A stretch of 64,000 bases of DNA from Acidimicrobiales bacterium (GCA_038255145.1 JBBSLP010000010.1:35129-99128), one strand, 5' to 3'. Positions 35,328 to 43,996 are shown, numbered from the stretch's first letter. Numbers and translations are program-made. Notes: a model not told the origin generated them from the sequence alone.

Positions 35328-35521
35328 CCGACCTCGGAGAGCTGGTTGCCCAACCGGTCCGCACCACGGCGAATCGGCTCCCTCCACCCGTCTCGACCCG
35401 CCTGGCGGCAGCGCCGGGTCCCTCTGTCGGCGCCGCCACCTCTCGTCGACACCCGCAGGCCGTTCCTGAGAAGTACGCCGGCCTAGGTCGTGGTTGCACC
35501 CGGGTGTCGCGTCCCGTGGCT

Positions 35522-35650
35522 GCCAACCGAACGCATCCACCTACGCGCGCGGTACGCCCATGCGTCCGGTTCGCTGAACAGGCTGGCCCGTCCGCCAACT
35601 GGACGCATCCACCTACGACTGCGGTGCGCCGGTGCGTTCGGTTCCACTCT
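35522..35650. repeat. 72-bp tandem duplication (about 80% identical); each unit can form a 12-bp stem hairpin
   Basis: gccaaccgaacgcatccacctacg ... at 35522 versus gccaactggacgcatccacctacg ... at 35594. Arms AACCGAACGCAT/ATGCGTCCGGTT and AACTGGACGCAT/GGTGCGTTCGGTT. Confidence 0.75.
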
Positions 35651-35724
35651 GCGTACACCCGTGGCAGGGCAGCACGCCGACGCGCGCGGCGAGCGAACGC
35701 CATCGCGCCCGCAGCGTGCGCCAG

Positions 35725-35789
35725 CGATTCGACGGGCGCACGCGGGCGATTCGATATCGATTGGACGGGCGGACGGCGGCGCCGATTCG
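35725..35789. repeat. CGAWTCG-motif cluster in the fabZ/fabF convergent spacer
   Basis: Exact CGATTCG at 35725, 35747 and 35783, plus CGATTGG at 35758. It includes the palindrome TCGATATCGA. A further CGAATCG lies at 35370. Confidence 0.7.
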
Positions 35790-35847
35790 CCGTGATGCGG
35801 AACCGGTCGGGGGCCGTCGGCGTGGGACCGGCCACAGCCGGCCAAGG

Positions 35848-37029
35848 TCAGGCCGGCGGTGGGCCGATGACCAGGGTGCCGTTGTGGCCGCCGAACCCGA
35901 AGGAGTTCGACAGGCTGGGGCCGGGCTCCCACGAGCGGGCCTCGCCGATGACCAGGTCCATGGGCGGCAGCTCGGGATCCATGGCCGTGGTGTTGGCCGT
36001 CGGCGGGATGAGGCGGTGCTGCATGGACAGCACCACGGCCGCGGCTTCGATGGCCCCCGCCGCGCCCAGGGCGTGGCCGGTGACCCCCTTGGTGGAGGTG
36101 ACGATGGGCCCACCGGGGAAGTTGAAGACCTTGCTCACGGCGTGGGCTTCGGCGGCGTCGTTGAGGGGGGTCGAGGTGCCGTGGGCGTTGATGTGGCGGA
36201 TGTCCTCGGGCCGCAAGCCGGCGTCGATAAGCGCCTGCTCCATGCACGCCACCGCGCCACCGCCACCAGGGGCGGGAGCGGTGATGTGGTAGGCGTCGGC
36301 GGTCGAGGCCGAACCCAGGATCTCGGCCAGGATCACCGCGCCGCGGGCCCGGGCGTGGTCGAGCTCCTCGAGGACGAGCACGGCACCGGCCTCGGACATG
36401 ATCAGCCCGTCGCGTGCCGCATCGAAGGGCCGGCACACGCCGCTGCGGCTCGAGGCCGTCATGTTGGAGAAGCCCTGGGTGGCCACGGGCGTCATCGACG
36501 CCTCGCTACCGCCGGCGAGCATGGCGTCGCAGCGCCCGTCCATGATGGCCCGCGCCGCGTTGCCGATGGCGTGGGTGCCCGCCGCGCACGCCGTCACCGT
36601 CGTCTCGCACGGGCCCTGGAAGCCGTTGCGCATGGAGATGGCGGCGGCACCGGCGTTGGCCATCATCATGGGCACGAGGAACGGGGACACCCGGCGGGGG
36701 TCCTTGTTGTAGTACACGAGGATCTGCTCCTCGAGGGTGGCCAGGCCACCGACGCCGGTGCCCATGAGCACACCCACCCGGGCGGGGTTGGCCCCCAGGT
36801 CCCCGGCCTGGGCCAGGGCCATGGTGGCCGAGGCCACGGCGAACTGGGCGAAGCGGTCGGTGCGCCTCGACTCCTTGGGGCTGTCGAAGTACAGCGCAGG
36901 ATCGAAGTCGACGATGCGGCGCTCGCCGACGGACGTCGGCGTGAGCAGCCCGTCCCAGAAGGCTTCGGTCCCCATCCCACAGGACGCCACCACACCGATG
37001 CCGGTGACGACGACACGACGACGCGTCAT
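35848..37029 (-). CDS. fabF: 3-oxoacyl-ACP synthase II (KAS II)
   Basis: 393 aa. Active-site region TVTACAAG, with HGTSTP and GHALGAAG motifs. Confidence 0.95.
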   Translation of the reverse strand: MTRRRVVVTGIGVVASCGMGTEAFWDGLLTPTSVGERRIVDFDPALYFDSPKESRRTDRFAQFAVASATMALAQAGDLGANPARVGVLMGTGVGGLATLEEQILVYYNKDPRRVSPFLVPMMMANAGAAAISMRNGFQGPCETTVTACAAGTHAIGNAARAIMDGRCDAMLAGGSEASMTPVATQGFSNMTASSRSGVCRPFDAARDGLIMSEAGAVLVLEELDHARARGAVILAEILGSASTADAYHITAPAPGGGGAVACMEQALIDAGLRPEDIRHINAHGTSTPLNDAAEAHAVSKVFNFPGGPIVTSTKGVTGHALGAAGAIEAAAVVLSMQHRLIPPTANTTAMDPELPPMDLVIGEARSWEPGPSLSNSFGFGGHNGTLVIGPPPA

Positions 37030-37099
37030 CCTCAGACCCCTTCCCTACGACCCTGCAACATGGACATGACCGGTGATCCCGAGCTCAGGGCTCAGGGCC

Positions 37100-37333
37100 T
37101 CAGAGCTTCCCGGTGATGAGCTCGTAGGCCTGGCCGACGGTGCCGATGCCCTCGAGCTCCTCTTCCTCGACGGTCACGTCGAACTCCTCCTCGAGGGCCA
37201 TGACCAGCTCGACGAGGTCCAGGGAGTCGGCGTCGAGGTCCTCGGCGAAGCTGGCTTCGATGGTGACCTTGTCGGCATCCACCGACAGCACCCGCACCGC
37301 GCATTCCTTGAACCGTTCGAAGTTGTCTGCCAT
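37100..37333 (-). CDS. acpP: acyl carrier protein
   Basis: ORF trimmed to ATG 37333. 77 aa with the phosphopantetheine-attachment motif LDADSLDLVEL. Confidence 0.9.
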   Translation of the reverse strand: MADNFERFKECAVRVLSVDADKVTIEASFAEDLDADSLDLVELVMALEEEFDVTVEEEELEGIGTVGQAYELITGKL

Positions 37334-37436
37334 CGCTGCTGCTCGATTCCTGTGGGTGGCCGGCGGGTCCGGCTGGAGGGTGTGGGGGAGATCTTGGCGG
37401 GGAAGAGGGTGGTGCGGATGGGCCGGGGCCGGGGCC

Positions 37437-38162
37437 TCAGCCCATGACCAGGCCACCGTCCACGGGCACGACCGCGCCGGTGACGTAGGAGGCGGCATCA
37501 GAGGCGAGGAAGGCGATCACCGCGGCCACCTCTTCGGGGGACCCGAACCGGCCCAGGGGGACGGATTGGCCCAGAGCTGTTCGTTGCGCCTCGGGGAGGG
37601 CGTCGGTCATGTCCGTGGCGATGGGTCCGGGAGCGACCACGTTGACGGTGATGTTACGCGACGCGAACTCGCGGGCCAAAGACCTGGCCAGGCCGACGAG
37701 GCCGGCCTTGGAGGCGGCGTAGTTGGCCTGTCCCGCCTGGCCGACGAGCCCGACGATGGAGGACACGAAGACGATGCGCCCGTAGCGGGCCTTCATCATG
37801 GAGCGCACAGCCCGCTTGGCCACGCGGAAGCCGCCCGTCAGGTTGGCGTCGAGCACATCGCTGAAGTCGTCCTCACCCATGCGCAGGACGAGCCCGTCCC
37901 GGGTCAGCCCGGCGTTGGACACCAGCACCTCGACGGGACCGAGGGTCGCTTCGACCTCGGCGAAGGCGGCGTCGACCTCGGCCATCGAGGTGACGTCGCA
38001 GCGCACGGCGAGGATGCCATCGAGCCCCTCGGGGGGGGCCGAGCGGTAGGTGACGGCCACCCGGTGCCCGGCGGCGGCGAACGTCCGGGCGCAGGCCGCG
38101 CCGATGCCACGGTTGCCCCCGGTCACCAGCACGGTGCGGGGGACGGCGGCCGCCTGGTCCAT
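37437..38162 (-). CDS. fabG: 3-oxoacyl-ACP reductase (SDR)
   Basis: Motifs VTGGNRGIG, NAG and YAASKAG. The start shares one nt with the fabH stop. Confidence 0.9.
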   Translation of the reverse strand: MDQAAAVPRTVLVTGGNRGIGAACARTFAAAGHRVAVTYRSAPPEGLDGILAVRCDVTSMAEVDAAFAEVEATLGPVEVLVSNAGLTRDGLVLRMGEDDFSDVLDANLTGGFRVAKRAVRSMMKARYGRIVFVSSIVGLVGQAGQANYAASKAGLVGLARSLAREFASRNITVNVVAPGPIATDMTDALPEAQRTALGQSVPLGRFGSPEEVAAVIAFLASDAASYVTGAVVPVDGGLVMG

Positions 38163-39094
38163 CAGGAGGCGCTGCCCCAGCGCACCACAGCGGAGGCCCA
38201 GGTCATGCCGGCGCCGAAGCCGGTGAAGAGCACGACGTCGCCGGGGTGGACCCTGCCCTTGGACATGGCGTCCTCGAGGGCCAGGGGCACCGTGGCCGAG
38301 GACGAGTTGCCGGTGCGGCCGATGACGACCGAGGTCTTGTCCATGGACAGCCCCAGGCGCTGGTTGGCGGCCTCGATGATGCGGATGTTGGCCTGGTGGG
38401 GGATGACCACGTCGACGTCCGCCGCGGTCAGCCCGGCCCGGGCCAGCGCCTTCTGCGACGAGTCGACCATGACCCGCACAGCGCGACGGAACACCTCACG
38501 GCCTTCCATCTTGATGAGGCCGCCGTACTCGCAGTAGAGCGCCTGCTCGGCGTCACCGTCGCAGCCCAGGTCCCAGCCCAACAGCCCGGCGTCGCCGTCG
38601 CGGCGCTCGACCACGGCCGCGCCCGCGCCATCAGCGAAGAGGATGGCCGTGCCCCGGTCGGTGTAGTCCGTGTAGCGCGACAGGGTGTCGCACCCGATGA
38701 CCAGGACCTTCTCCAGGCCCGTGGCCAGGAAGCCGTTGGCGGTCACCAGGCCGTAGACCCAGCCGGCACAGGCGGCGTTGAGGTCGAAGGCGCCACAGCG
38801 CATGCCCAGCTCTCGGGACACCGTGGCCGAGGTCGCCGGCACCGTCCGGTCGGGCGTGGTCGTGGCCAACACCAGGAGATCGATGTCGGCAGGATCGACC
38901 CCCGCCGCGGCCAGGGCCTTGCTGCCGGCCTCGGCGGCCAGGACCGAGGTCTGCCCGCCCACCGGACGCTCGCTGATGCCGGTCCGCTCGACGATCCAGG
39001 CGTCCGACGTGTCCATCATGGTCCCGAGCTGGGAGTTGGTCAGCACCTTGTCGGGCAGGGCGACGCCCACACCCGTGATCACGGCTCCACTCAT
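38162..39094 (-). CDS. fabH: 3-oxoacyl-ACP synthase III (KAS III)
   Basis: Motifs NAACAGWVYGL (active-site Cys), IPHQAN and GFGAGMTW. Confidence 0.9.
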   Translation of the reverse strand: MSGAVITGVGVALPDKVLTNSQLGTMMDTSDAWIVERTGISERPVGGQTSVLAAEAGSKALAAAGVDPADIDLLVLATTTPDRTVPATSATVSRELGMRCGAFDLNAACAGWVYGLVTANGFLATGLEKVLVIGCDTLSRYTDYTDRGTAILFADGAGAAVVERRDGDAGLLGWDLGCDGDAEQALYCEYGGLIKMEGREVFRRAVRVMVDSSQKALARAGLTAADVDVVIPHQANIRIIEAANQRLGLSMDKTSVVIGRTGNSSSATVPLALEDAMSKGRVHPGDVVLFTGFGAGMTWASAVVRWGSAS

Positions 39095-39179
39095 TGGTTC
39101 CCCGCTTTTTTCGACGGCACCAGGGCGTGAGCAGCGACGCCAGCGCCGTGGTGCCGGGTGGTGCGCACATCCTTGCCGG

Positions 39180-40361
39180 TCATCCGACGCGCAGCCAGGC
39201 TAGCGGCTGGCTCGAAGCGACCCGCTCCCCCCGCCAGGCCAGGACGCCCATGAGCTGGCCACTGAAACGGGAGGTCACGACGTGGTCGCCGACCCTGCCC
39301 ACCTCGTCGCCGACCATGATGGAGGAACCGTCACGCAGGGAGTCGGCGGGGGAGAACACGCCGGCCGCCGGGCTGACCAGCAGGCGCTCGGGAGCGAAGA
39401 GCGTCTCGCCTTCGACGCGGGCGCTGGCCCGGGCCGTGCTGACGAGCTCGCCGCACAACTTCTCCGCCTCCTCGGGGGAGGCGGCGGCCCGGTTGCGGCT
39501 GCCGTCTACGGCCCGCTTGGCCAGGCCGGAGAGGACGGTCCCCGGGCCGAGCTCGATGAAGGTGTCCACGCCCTGGCCGGCCAGGGTGCCCAGCAGCTGG
39601 GACCAGCGCACGGGGGAGCACAGCTGGCGGGACAGCAGGCCGGGCCAGTCCGACGCCGTGCTGTGCAGGGCGGCGTCGACGTTGGCGGCCACGGGCATGG
39701 TGGCCCGCTCGAAACGGGCAGCGGCGATGGCTGCGTCCAGCCTGACCTGGGCCGGAGCCATGTAGGGGGTGTGGAAGGCGCCGCTGACGGCCACGGCCAT
39801 GACCTTGCGGGCTCCGTTGGCCTTGGCGGCGGCACCGGCGGCCTCGAGCCCCTCGAGGGACCCGGCCAGCACGACCTGGCCCGGGGCGTTGTAGTTGGCC
39901 ACCCAGACGTCGTGGCCGGCAGCGCGGGCCTGGGCGCAGGCGTCCTCAACGGCGGCATCGTCGGCGCCGAGCACGGCGGCCATGGTGCCGACCCGCTCCT
40001 CGGTGGCGATGCGCATGGCCTCGCCCCGGGCGGTCACCAGCTTCACGCCGTCCTCGATGGACAGCACACCGGCTGCGGTCAGGGCGCTGTACTCGCCCAG
40101 GCTGTGGCCGGCCACGTACGCGGCCTCGAGCCCGTGGCGGCGCACGGCGTCGAGGACGACCAGGCTGGCCACGTAGGTGGACAGCTGGGCGTTGTGGGTG
40201 AGCCGGAGCTCGTCGGCGTCGGCTTCCAGCAGGAGGTGCTCCACGTCGCGGCCCGCGGCCTCGGACGCGGCGCGCACGAGGTCCCAGGAAGGCGTGCCCC
40301 GCCAGGGCGCGCCAGCTCCCGGACGCTGCGAACCTTGGCCTGGGAAGGTGAAGGCGATCAT
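39180..40361 (-). CDS. fabD: malonyl-CoA:ACP transacylase with an about 90-aa C-terminal biotinyl/lipoyl-like barrel domain lacking the modifiable lysine
   Basis: FabD motifs FPGQGSQ, GHSLGEY and AFHTP in residues about 1-300. The same ORF continues with LLVSPAAGVFSP ... IMVGDEVGRVGDHVVTSRFSGQLMGVLAWRGERVASSQPLAWL. Confidence 0.8.
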   Translation of the reverse strand: MIAFTFPGQGSQRPGAGAPWRGTPSWDLVRAASEAAGRDVEHLLLEADADELRLTHNAQLSTYVASLVVLDAVRRHGLEAAYVAGHSLGEYSALTAAGVLSIEDGVKLVTARGEAMRIATEERVGTMAAVLGADDAAVEDACAQARAAGHDVWVANYNAPGQVVLAGSLEGLEAAGAAAKANGARKVMAVAVSGAFHTPYMAPAQVRLDAAIAAARFERATMPVAANVDAALHSTASDWPGLLSRQLCSPVRWSQLLGTLAGQGVDTFIELGPGTVLSGLAKRAVDGSRNRAAASPEEAEKLCGELVSTARASARVEGETLFAPERLLVSPAAGVFSPADSLRDGSSIMVGDEVGRVGDHVVTSRFSGQLMGVLAWRGERVASSQPLAWLRVG

Positions 40362-40501
40362 CGTGTGGGCGGCCCTTTCGGCTGTGCAGCTCGATCATGT
40401 CCAGAGCAGCTGCTGGGACTTCTGACCCGCAAGGTGCCCCTGGGGTTTCATCTCACGCTCCGCAGCGTCACTCCGCGTTCATCTGGCCGCAGACTGGACC
40501 C

Positions 40502-41530
40502 ATGTGGGCGACGGCGAGCAGCGTGCAGGCGGACGGAGCCGAGCTGGCGGCGGCCGTGGGGGGGTTGGGCCTGGCCCTGCTCGAAGACCCGGGTGCCCGT
40601 CAGCTGGCCACCGCCCCGGCCGGCCTCGGTGCCGTGGCCCGCGCCGTGGGTGCGGTGGCCGCCCTGGTGGTCCAGGTCGACGGGGACGGCGTGGTCGTCT
40701 CGGCCCACGAGTGGCGCCCTGACCAGCCCTCCGGTGCCATCGCCGTCGAGGCCCTGCCCGACCTGCCCGGGGCCTACGCCGCCCTGGCCACCGAGGTGAA
40801 GGGGACGGCGTCGGCGAACGACGCCGGGGCGGGCGCGACGGTGGAGCCCGTGCACCAGTGGGACGGCCCCCTGGCCGCCCGGTTGGGGGTCGAAGGGGTG
40901 ACCGTGGTCCCCATCGTGCGCGATGTCACCGGTCAGTGGTCCCTGGTGCTGGGGTGGGCGGACCGGGGTCGGGTGTGGCGGCGGGGCTGGGTGCCACTCC
41001 TCGTGGCCGGAGGGGCCCTGCTGGTGGGGGCGGAGCGCCTGGCCGTGGCCGAGGCCCGGGCCAGCGTCGAGGAGACCAGCGGTGTGGCCAACCGCAAGCT
41101 GTTCCTGGTGCTCGTGGCCCGCATGCTGGCCCGCCTGGACCGGGTCCGCGACAACGGCATGGCCGTGCTCGCCTGTCAGGTGCAGGTGGACGATGTGGGT
41201 GCCGTGGCGACGTCGCTGGCCCGGTGGCTCGAGGAGCAGTTGCGGGAGACCGACCTGGTGGGGCTGTTCGACGAGCGCACCGTGGTGCTGGCCTGTGAGG
41301 GGGTGGCGACCCCCGAGGACGCCCTGGCCCTGGCCGAGCGTCTGGCCGCCGCGGCCCTGGCCGACGGCGATCACGCCGCCGTCGACGGTCTGCCGTCGGC
41401 TGTGCAGGTGAGCTGGGGGGTCGTGCACACCGGCGTCCGCGTCCCTCCCGGGGTGCTCCTGCGTCGGGCCGACACCGCCGCCTACCAGGCCGCGGTCACC
41501 GGCGACGGCGTCTCACTGGCCGAGAACTGA
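40502..41530 (+). CDS. sensor-like protein with a degenerate GGDEF domain (FDERT in place of GGDEF)
   Basis: The C-terminal half follows the GGDEF-domain pattern (NRKLFL ... LRETDLVGLFDERTVVLAC ... LLRRADTAAYQA) without the GG. The N-terminal half is GAF-like at best. ATG 40502. Confidence 0.5.
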   Translation: MWATASSVQADGAELAAAVGGLGLALLEDPGARQLATAPAGLGAVARAVGAVAALVVQVDGDGVVVSAHEWRPDQPSGAIAVEALPDLPGAYAALATEVKGTASANDAGAGATVEPVHQWDGPLAARLGVEGVTVVPIVRDVTGQWSLVLGWADRGRVWRRGWVPLLVAGGALLVGAERLAVAEARASVEETSGVANRKLFLVLVARMLARLDRVRDNGMAVLACQVQVDDVGAVATSLARWLEEQLRETDLVGLFDERTVVLACEGVATPEDALALAERLAAAALADGDHAAVDGLPSAVQVSWGVVHTGVRVPPGVLLRRADTAAYQAAVTGDGVSLAEN

Positions 41531-41582
41531 GCGAGCCGGGGTTCCCCGGCGCCACCGGGTAGGATCTTCGGGCGCTGAACCG

Positions 41583-41663
41583 GCCCGGGTGGCGGAATGG
41601 CAGACGCGGTCGACTCAAAATCGATTGCCGAAAGGCGTGCGGGTTCGAATCCCGCCCCGGGCA
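41583..41663 (+). tRNA. tRNA-Leu (anticodon CAA), class II with a long variable arm
   Basis: Acceptor stem GCCCGGG/CCCGGGC, anticodon loop CTCAAAA, variable arm tgccgaaaggcgt, T-arm GCGGGTTCGAATCCCGC, discriminator A. No CCA is encoded. Confidence 0.85.
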
Positions 41664-41699
41664 CTCACCAGCGGTCCTCGAACCCCCGTCGCAGCAGGC

Positions 41700-42170
41700 T
41701 CAACTCTTGACGTGGGTGGCGATGTACAGCTCGATGCCGATGCGGCCGATGAGGTCGATCTGCGTCTCGAGCCAGTCGACGTGCTCTTCCTCGTCGCTGA
41801 GCCGGGCGGCGCAGAACTGACGGGTTCCCTCGTCGCCCTTCTCGACGCACAGCTGCACGCCGGTGGTGTAACGGGCGACGGCGGCCCGCTCCATCTCGAG
41901 ATCCGAGTGCAAGATCTCTTCGACCGTCTGCCCCACGCGTACCGGGAACAGGCGTTGCATGTTAGGCGTGCCGTCCAGATAGAGGATGCGCTCGATGACC
42001 TTGTCGGCATGTTCCATCTCTTCGATGGATTCGGTGCGTTCCTTGGCGGCCAGGGCGAGGACGCCCCAGTTCTCCAGCATCTTGTAGTGCACGTAGTACT
42101 GGTTGATCGCCGTGAGCTCGGCGGTCAGGACCTCGTTCAGGAACTCGAGGACGGCGGGATCGGTCTGCAC
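41700..42170 (-). CDS. bfr: bacterioferritin
   Basis: 156 aa. Motifs LNEVLTAELTAINQYYVHYKM (heme-ligand Met region), EEMEHAD and EEEHVDWLE (ferroxidase-centre ligands). Confidence 0.9.
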   Translation of the reverse strand: MQTDPAVLEFLNEVLTAELTAINQYYVHYKMLENWGVLALAAKERTESIEEMEHADKVIERILYLDGTPNMQRLFPVRVGQTVEEILHSDLEMERAAVARYTTGVQLCVEKGDEGTRQFCAARLSDEEEHVDWLETQIDLIGRIGIELYIATHVKS

Positions 42171-42200
42171 GGGGCCTCCGGGGGTGTGGAGGCACTCACA

Positions 42201-42383
42201 TTAGGCAGCCAGGACTCCCGACGGCGTGTTGACAAGTAAGAGTTCCTCGATGACCACGTGGCATCCGCCGCACTGCGTTCCGGCGCCGCAATGGTCGCCA
42301 ACCTGCTCAAGGCAAGCTGCACCACGTCGGATGGCTTCGATGATGTACTCGTCGTTTACCGCCCGACAATGACAAACGAGCAT
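42201..42383 (-). CDS. bfd: bacterioferritin-associated ferredoxin (Bfd-like [2Fe-2S])
   Basis: 60 aa. MLVCHCRAV ... GAGTQCGGC gives the C-x-C ... C-x2-C pattern of Bfd. It lies immediately upstream of bfr. Confidence 0.8.
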   Translation of the reverse strand: MLVCHCRAVNDEYIIEAIRRGAACLEQVGDHCGAGTQCGGCHVVIEELLLVNTPSGVLAA

Positions 42384-42419
42384 GCTTTGTCCGCCTGGAT
42401 TGAAGACCGAGCTGTGCAG

Positions 42420-42435
42420 GTAAGGTATGCCTTAC
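42420..42435. promoter_or_regulatory. palindromic operator candidate upstream of bfd-bfr (IdeR/DtxR-box-like)
   Basis: GTAAGG-TATG-CCTTAC, 37-52 nt upstream of the bfd start. About 11/19 matches to TTAGGTTAGGCTAACCTAA when extended. The region is locally AT-richer. Confidence 0.3.
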
Positions 42436-42481
42436 TGACGCCGACGTCAACCCGTCTGCCGCGATTCTGTCGTCCCCGGCC

Positions 42482-43336
42482 TCAGCTCTGGGCTCGGCAC
42501 ACCCAGTGGCTCACCACCCACGGCACGTCGGGATAGGCGTCGGGAAGGCGCTCCATGGTGTAGCCGTGGTCGCGGAGCACGGCCTCGACCGCGGTGAGGC
42601 GCAGATCGTGGGCCTGGGGGGTGGCGTCGTCGAGCTCGAGCAGCAGGACGGGCCGCGCGCCGGCCAGCAGGCCCCCCATGCCGGCCAGCACGTCGAGCTC
42701 CCCGCCCTCCACGTCGATCTTGACCACGTCGGGCGCCAGGATCCCGGGTCGGGCGCTGAAGTCGTCCAGGGTCACGACCTCGACGGGCACGCTGTCCACC
42801 AGGTCGGGCGGGGGAGCGGCTCCGCTGGCGCCACCGAGGGCGTGGCCGCCGGCGTAAGCCGCCAGTTGCAGGCGTCCCACCCCCGTGGCGCGGCCCACGG
42901 CCCGTGACACCACCAGCACCCGGTCCAGCTGGTTGGCCCGCACGTTGGCCCGCACCCGGGCTGCGTTGTCGAGGTCGGCCTCGAAGGCGTACACGTACCC
43001 TTCGGTGCCCACGGCCCGCGCTCCGACCAGGGTGAGGAAGCCGACGTTGGCGCCGACGTCGTAGAACACCGAGCCCGGGCGCAGCAGGCCCGCCAGGGTG
43101 TCCTGCACGATGGGTTCGTTGGTGCCCAGGGCGTAGTCGGGGTTGGACGGACCCGGGTTCATGTGCAGGCCCCGGGCCGCACCGCGGCCCACGACCACGT
43201 CACGATCCCGCAACCCGGCCCGGGCCAGACGACCCAGCCGCGGCTCGTGCGCGGCGCGCACCAGCAGGGAGGCGGGGACGGGGCGCAGCAGGCGTGCGGC
43301 GAGGACCTTCTGGCGGGGGGTCATGCGTGTCTCCAT
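42482..43336 (-). CDS. FkbM-family SAM-dependent methyltransferase
   Basis: Motifs FYDVGANVGFLT and DVVKIDVEGGELDVL, typical of FkbM. Start ATG 43336 or 43324. Confidence 0.75.
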   Translation of the reverse strand: METRMTPRQKVLAARLLRPVPASLLVRAAHEPRLGRLARAGLRDRDVVVGRGAARGLHMNPGPSNPDYALGTNEPIVQDTLAGLLRPGSVFYDVGANVGFLTLVGARAVGTEGYVYAFEADLDNAARVRANVRANQLDRVLVVSRAVGRATGVGRLQLAAYAGGHALGGASGAAPPPDLVDSVPVEVVTLDDFSARPGILAPDVVKIDVEGGELDVLAGMGGLLAGARPVLLLELDDATPQAHDLRLTAVEAVLRDHGYTMERLPDAYPDVPWVVSHWVCRAQS

Positions 43337-43403
43337 CGGGGCCGCCGGAGCGGTGGCCCCCCGACCATGATGCCGGGCCGTCGACGCCGGCCGGCGCGTG
43401 ACC

Positions 43404-43979
43404 TCAGCCCAGGTGGCCGCCGGGCGACAGATCGGCGTGCTCGTCGACGAAGTCGGTGATGGCCCCGGCATCGACGGTGGAGCAGCGCTGCAACCGCAGC
43501 CAGGCGGTGAGGGCGATGGGATCGTCGAGGTCGGGATCGGGCGCCACCACCACCTCCGGCCCGGCCAGGGCGGCCAGGGTGGCCAGCTGGCCGGCGTCGA
43601 GGTCGCCGGGCCGGTACTGGACGAGGACGAGGCCGGCCTCGAGCAGGCCCACCTGCTCGGGCCGACTGATGGGCCCGGTGGGCCTGGTGATGACGGCGAT
43701 GTGGGGACCCGACGTCGGCGGCTCGCTCAGGTACCGGGGCTCGGGCTGGCCGGGCAGCAGGTGGCTGGCGGGGAACTGGGCCTGGGGGCGTTCCACGGGA
43801 CCGCAGGCCCCGGTGCCGGTCGATCCCCCGCCGCCGCACGCGGCCAGCAGCGAGGTGGCCGTGATGGCCGTCACCAGCGCCGACAGGGCGACCCTGCGGG
43901 CACGACGAGGGCCTGGTGCGGCTCCTCGAACGGGGTGGGGCGTCACCCTCGGAGACGCTAACCGAGGGGCTGTCACCAC
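43404..43979 (-). CDS. lipoprotein, DUF3105-like
   Basis: Lipobox LLAACGG. Motifs PPTSGPH and GLVLVQYRPGD resemble DUF3105. GTG start at 43979. Confidence 0.6.
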   Translation of the reverse strand: MVTAPRLASPRVTPHPVRGAAPGPRRARRVALSALVTAITATSLLAACGGGGSTGTGACGPVERPQAQFPASHLLPGQPEPRYLSEPPTSGPHIAVITRPTGPISRPEQVGLLEAGLVLVQYRPGDLDAGQLATLAALAGPEVVVAPDPDLDDPIALTAWLRLQRCSTVDAGAITDFVDEHADLSPGGHLG

Positions 43980-43996
43980 CGGGAAGCACCCTCACC

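Noticed and set aside
41531-42200. tRNA-Leu(CAA) considered as an integration hotspot, that is, a genomic island or prophage boundary.
   Set aside because: There is no integrase, no direct repeat of the tRNA 3' end and no foreign-looking genes nearby. The flanking bfr/bfd and GGDEF-like genes look native. The slightly lower GC is confined to the bfd promoter region.
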